Part shown: positions 25,583-32,000 of the stretch, piece by piece | Position numbering within the stretch: the stretch's first letter is position 1 | Layout: each line of letters begins with the position of its first letter | NCBI GenBank assembly: GCA_963773065.1 | Contig: CAVYZN010000023.1 | Coordinates: 93,041 to 125,040, forward strand | Direction: 5' to 3' | Source of the DNA: an uncultured Gammaproteobacteria bacterium | GTDB lineage: Bacteria; Pseudomonadota; Gammaproteobacteria; UBA9214 | DNA: 32,000 bases | Notes under the pieces: model-generated | Database searches by the model: none | What the model was told of the DNA's origin: nothing | Seen by the model: only the letters and a program-made list of their open reading frames with translations | Translations under genes and position numbers: made by a program

Positions 25583-26055
25583 TTAGATGTAACGGACCTC
25601 GACGATCTCCAGGCTGCGCGCGCCGCCCGGGACCGTGACCGTAACGACATCGCCTTCCATCTTGGCGATGAGCGCCCGCGCAATCGGGGAATTGATCGAA
25701 ATCTTGCCGGCCTTGATATCGGCCTCGTCCTCGCCGACGATCTGGTAGGTCACGGACTCGCCCGTGTCCTCGTCCGCCAGCACCACCGTACTGCCGAACA
25801 CGACCTTGCCGCCGGCATTCAAGGTGGTGACGTCGACGATATGGGCATGGCTCAGCTTGCCCTCGATCTCCTTGATGCGTCCCTCGGTAAAACTTTGCTG
25901 TTCGCGGGCGGCATGGTATTCGGCATTTTCCTTCAGATCGCCATGCGCGCGCGCCTCCGCGATGGCCTGGATGATGCGGGGGCGATCGAGCGTCTTCAAC
26001 CTGAGCAGCTCCTCGCGCAATTTTTCCGCGCCTTTTGCCGTAATGGGGACCTTGG

Positions 26056-26059
<4 letters not shown>
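25583..26059 (-). CDS. greA: Transcription elongation factor GreA.
   Basis: 158 aa. [20 protein letters not shown]...[25 protein letters not shown]. The start overlaps the carB stop by 4 nt. Confidence 0.95.
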
Positions 26060-29277
<3,218 letters not shown>

Positions 29278-29287
29278 GGGAATTCCG

Positions 29288-30475
29288 TCAGTGGCGCGAT
29301 TTGCCGCCCGCCGCGCTCCCGACGATACCGCCGGCGGCGGCGACATACTGCCTGATCTGTTCGATGAAACGGTCGAACAGCGGCGCCACATCATGCGGCC
29401 CGGGACTCGCCTCCGGATGACCCTGGAAACAGAATGCCGGGCAGTCCGTGCGCGCGAGGCCCTGCAGGGAACCGTCGAACAGGGAGCGGTGGGTGGCCAC
29501 CAGGCAATCCGGCAGGCTGCTCTCATCGACGGCGAAGCCGTGGTTCTGGCTGGTGATCATGACCCGCCCGCTCTCGAGGTCCTGCACCGGATGATTGGCC
29601 CCGTGATGGCCGAATTTCATCTTGACGGTCCGCGCCCCGCTCGCCAGCGCGAGCAACTGGTGCCCCAGGCAGATGCCGAACACCGGGATACCGGTCTTGA
29701 GCAGTTGCCGGATGGCCGCGATCGCATAATCACAGGGCTCCGGATCGCCCGGTCCATTGGAGAGAAAAACGCCGTCGGGCCGCATCGCCAGCACCGCATC
29801 GGCCGTGGTCCTGGCGGGCACCACGGTAATCCGGCAGCCGCGCGCGGCGAGCATGCGCAGGATGTTGCGCTTGACGCCATAATCGTAGGCCACCACGTGA
29901 TAGGGATACGCCGTCGCGGCATGGATCGCGGGCAGGCCCTGGTCCAGTGACCAGAGTCCCTGGCGCCAGTCATAGGCATTGGCGGTGCTCACGACCTGCG
30001 CGAGATCCATCCCCACCAGGCCGGGAAACTCCCGGGCCATGGCGATCGCTTCGGCCGTGTCGATATCCTCGCCGGCGACCAGGCAGCCGTTCTGGGCGCC
30101 CTTCTCGCGCAGCAGGCGCGTGAGGCGCCGGGTGTCGATATCGGCGATGCCGATGACACCGCGCTGCCGGAGGTAGGCGTCGAGGGTCAGGCAACTGCGC
30201 CAGTTACTGGCGCGCGCGGGCAGATCGCGGATCACCAGTCCGGCACAGTGGATCGATCCGGCTTCTTCATCCGCGGCGTTGGTGCCGACATTGCCGATGT
30301 GCGGGTAAGTCAGGGTGACGATCTGGCGGGCATAGGAAGGGTCGGTAAGAATCTCCTGATAACCCGTCATGGCGGTGTTGAATACCACTTCACCGGCAAT
30401 CCGCCCCTCGATACCGATCGATGCACCCCGAAACAGGCTGCCGTCTTCCAGGGCCAATAGGGCCGGTTTCCTCAA
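29288..30475 (-). CDS. carA: Carbamoyl-phosphate synthase small (glutaminase) subunit.
   Basis: ..[16 protein letters not shown].., GICLGHQLL (catalytic Cys), HGANHPV. The proposed start is TTG 30475 with GGAGG 5 nt upstream. The alternative ATG at 30526 would add about 17 atypical residues. Confidence 0.9.
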   Translation of the reverse strand: MRKPALLALEDGSLFRGASIGIEGRIAGEVVFNTAMTGYQEILTDPSYARQIVTLTYPHIGNVGTNAADEEAGSIHCAGLVIRDLPARASNWRSCLTLDAYLRQRGVIGIADIDTRRLTRLLREKGAQNGCLVAGEDIDTAEAIAMAREFPGLVGMDLAQVVSTANAYDWRQGLWSLDQGLPAIHAATAYPYHVVAYDYGVKRNILRMLAARGCRITVVPARTTADAVLAMRPDGVFLSNGPGDPEPCDYAIAAIRQLLKTGIPVFGICLGHQLLALASGARTVKMKFGHHGANHPVQDLESGRVMITSQNHGFAVDESSLPDCLVATHRSLFDGSLQGLARTDCPAFCFQGHPEASPGPHDVAPLFDRFIEQIRQYVAAAGGIVGSAAGGKSRH

Positions 30476-30598
30476 GAAAACCTCCGCGTCTGGACGTAGA
30501 AAACGGGAGGGTTCCCGCGGAACCATCCCGTCTCTTGAAACTGATGTGAACTGCTCGCTAGCGTGCTGCGAATTGTACTGGATTGTCAACGGGGCTGT

Positions 30599-31465
<867 letters not shown>

Positions 31466-32000
31466 CTACATCTTCATGCCATCGAAGAACTTCTTCACGC
31501 CATCCAGCCAGGAATGGGTCTGCGGGCTGTGCCGGCTGCCGCCCTCGTCCATTTCGCCGGCAAACTCCTGCAGCATCTCCTTCTGCTTGCGGCTCAGATT
31601 CACCGGGGTCTCGATAGTCACCTTGCAGATCAGGTCGCCGACCGGCCCGCCCCGCACCGGCTTTACCCCCTTGCCGCGGATACGGAACATCCTGCCGGTC
31701 TGGGTCTCCGGCGGGATCTTGAGATTCACGCGCCCATCGAGCGTGGGCACCTCCAGTTCACCGCCGAGCGCCGCCGTGACGAAACCGATCGGCACCTCGC
31801 AGTAGAGGTTGTTCTCTTCGCGCACGAAGATGGGATGCTGCCTGACCTGGATCTGGACGTAGAGATCGCCGGGCGGACCACCGCTCTCACCGGCCTCGCC
31901 TTCACCGGCCAGGCGTATCCGGTCCCCGGTATCGACGCCGGCCGGGACCTTCACCGACAGGGTCTTGCGCTCCTCGACGCGACCCTGGCCATGGCACTTC
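31466..32000 (-). CDS. dnaJ: Molecular chaperone DnaJ, C-terminal part (gene continues beyond the window end).
   Basis: ..[36 protein letters not shown]....LYCEVPI.F..AALGGE.EVPTLDG.V.LKIP.ETQTG..FR.RGKG.., ending ..[14 protein letters not shown]. The frame is open to position 32000. Confidence 0.9.
   Translation of the reverse strand, partial: KCHGQGRVEERKTLSVKVPAGVDTGDRIRLAGEGEAGESGGPPGDLYVQIQVRQHPIFVREENNLYCEVPIGFVTAALGGELEVPTLDGRVNLKIPPETQTGRMFRIRGKGVKPVRGGPVGDLICKVTIETPVNLSRKQKEMLQEFAGEMDEGGSRHSPQTHSWLDGVKKFFDGMKM

Overview
GC-rich proteobacterial chromosome segment. The minus-strand gene order matches the Pseudomonas-type gammaproteobacterial housekeeping block dnaJ-dapB-carA-carB-greA-rlmE-ftsH-folP-glmM-tpiA-secG-tRNA-Leu. 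An accessory island of about 14 kb (roughly 5.5-19.7 kb) splits this block between glmM (19773..21107) and tpiA (4703..5464). Nearly every recognisable gene in the island has a conflict or immunity-type architecture. It holds: (i) a caspase-like mini-ORF lacking its catalytic core, plus a TPR fragment; (ii) a protein of about 1840 aa fusing two alpha/beta-hydrolase (lipase-type) domains, a possibly macro-like middle region, a CHAT caspase-fold protease and a helical tail; (iii) two tandemly duplicated M15-family zinc peptidase genes; (iv) a 179-bp palindromic element; (v) a cluster of three TIR or TIR-like proteins ending in FGE-sulfatase-fold domains, with a small RyR-domain protein and a truncated copy of it. 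Of those three, one carries a STAND-type P-loop ATPase, one is membrane-spanning and one is soluble. I consider (v), possibly acting with (ii)-(iii), the best candidate for an uncharacterised immune system. A second small low-GC insert (2.86-3.95 kb) abuts the 3' end of tRNA-Leu(GAG), followed by a large secreted Calx-beta repeat protein gene with 330-bp tandem coding repeats. At least about 11 single-base frameshifts are visible, including in dapB and secG. The assembly therefore probably carries indel errors, and broken ORFs should not be read as pseudogenes without resequencing. I saw no rRNA, CRISPR array, integrase or transposase. All domain calls come from motifs read by eye in the supplied translations; no searches were run.
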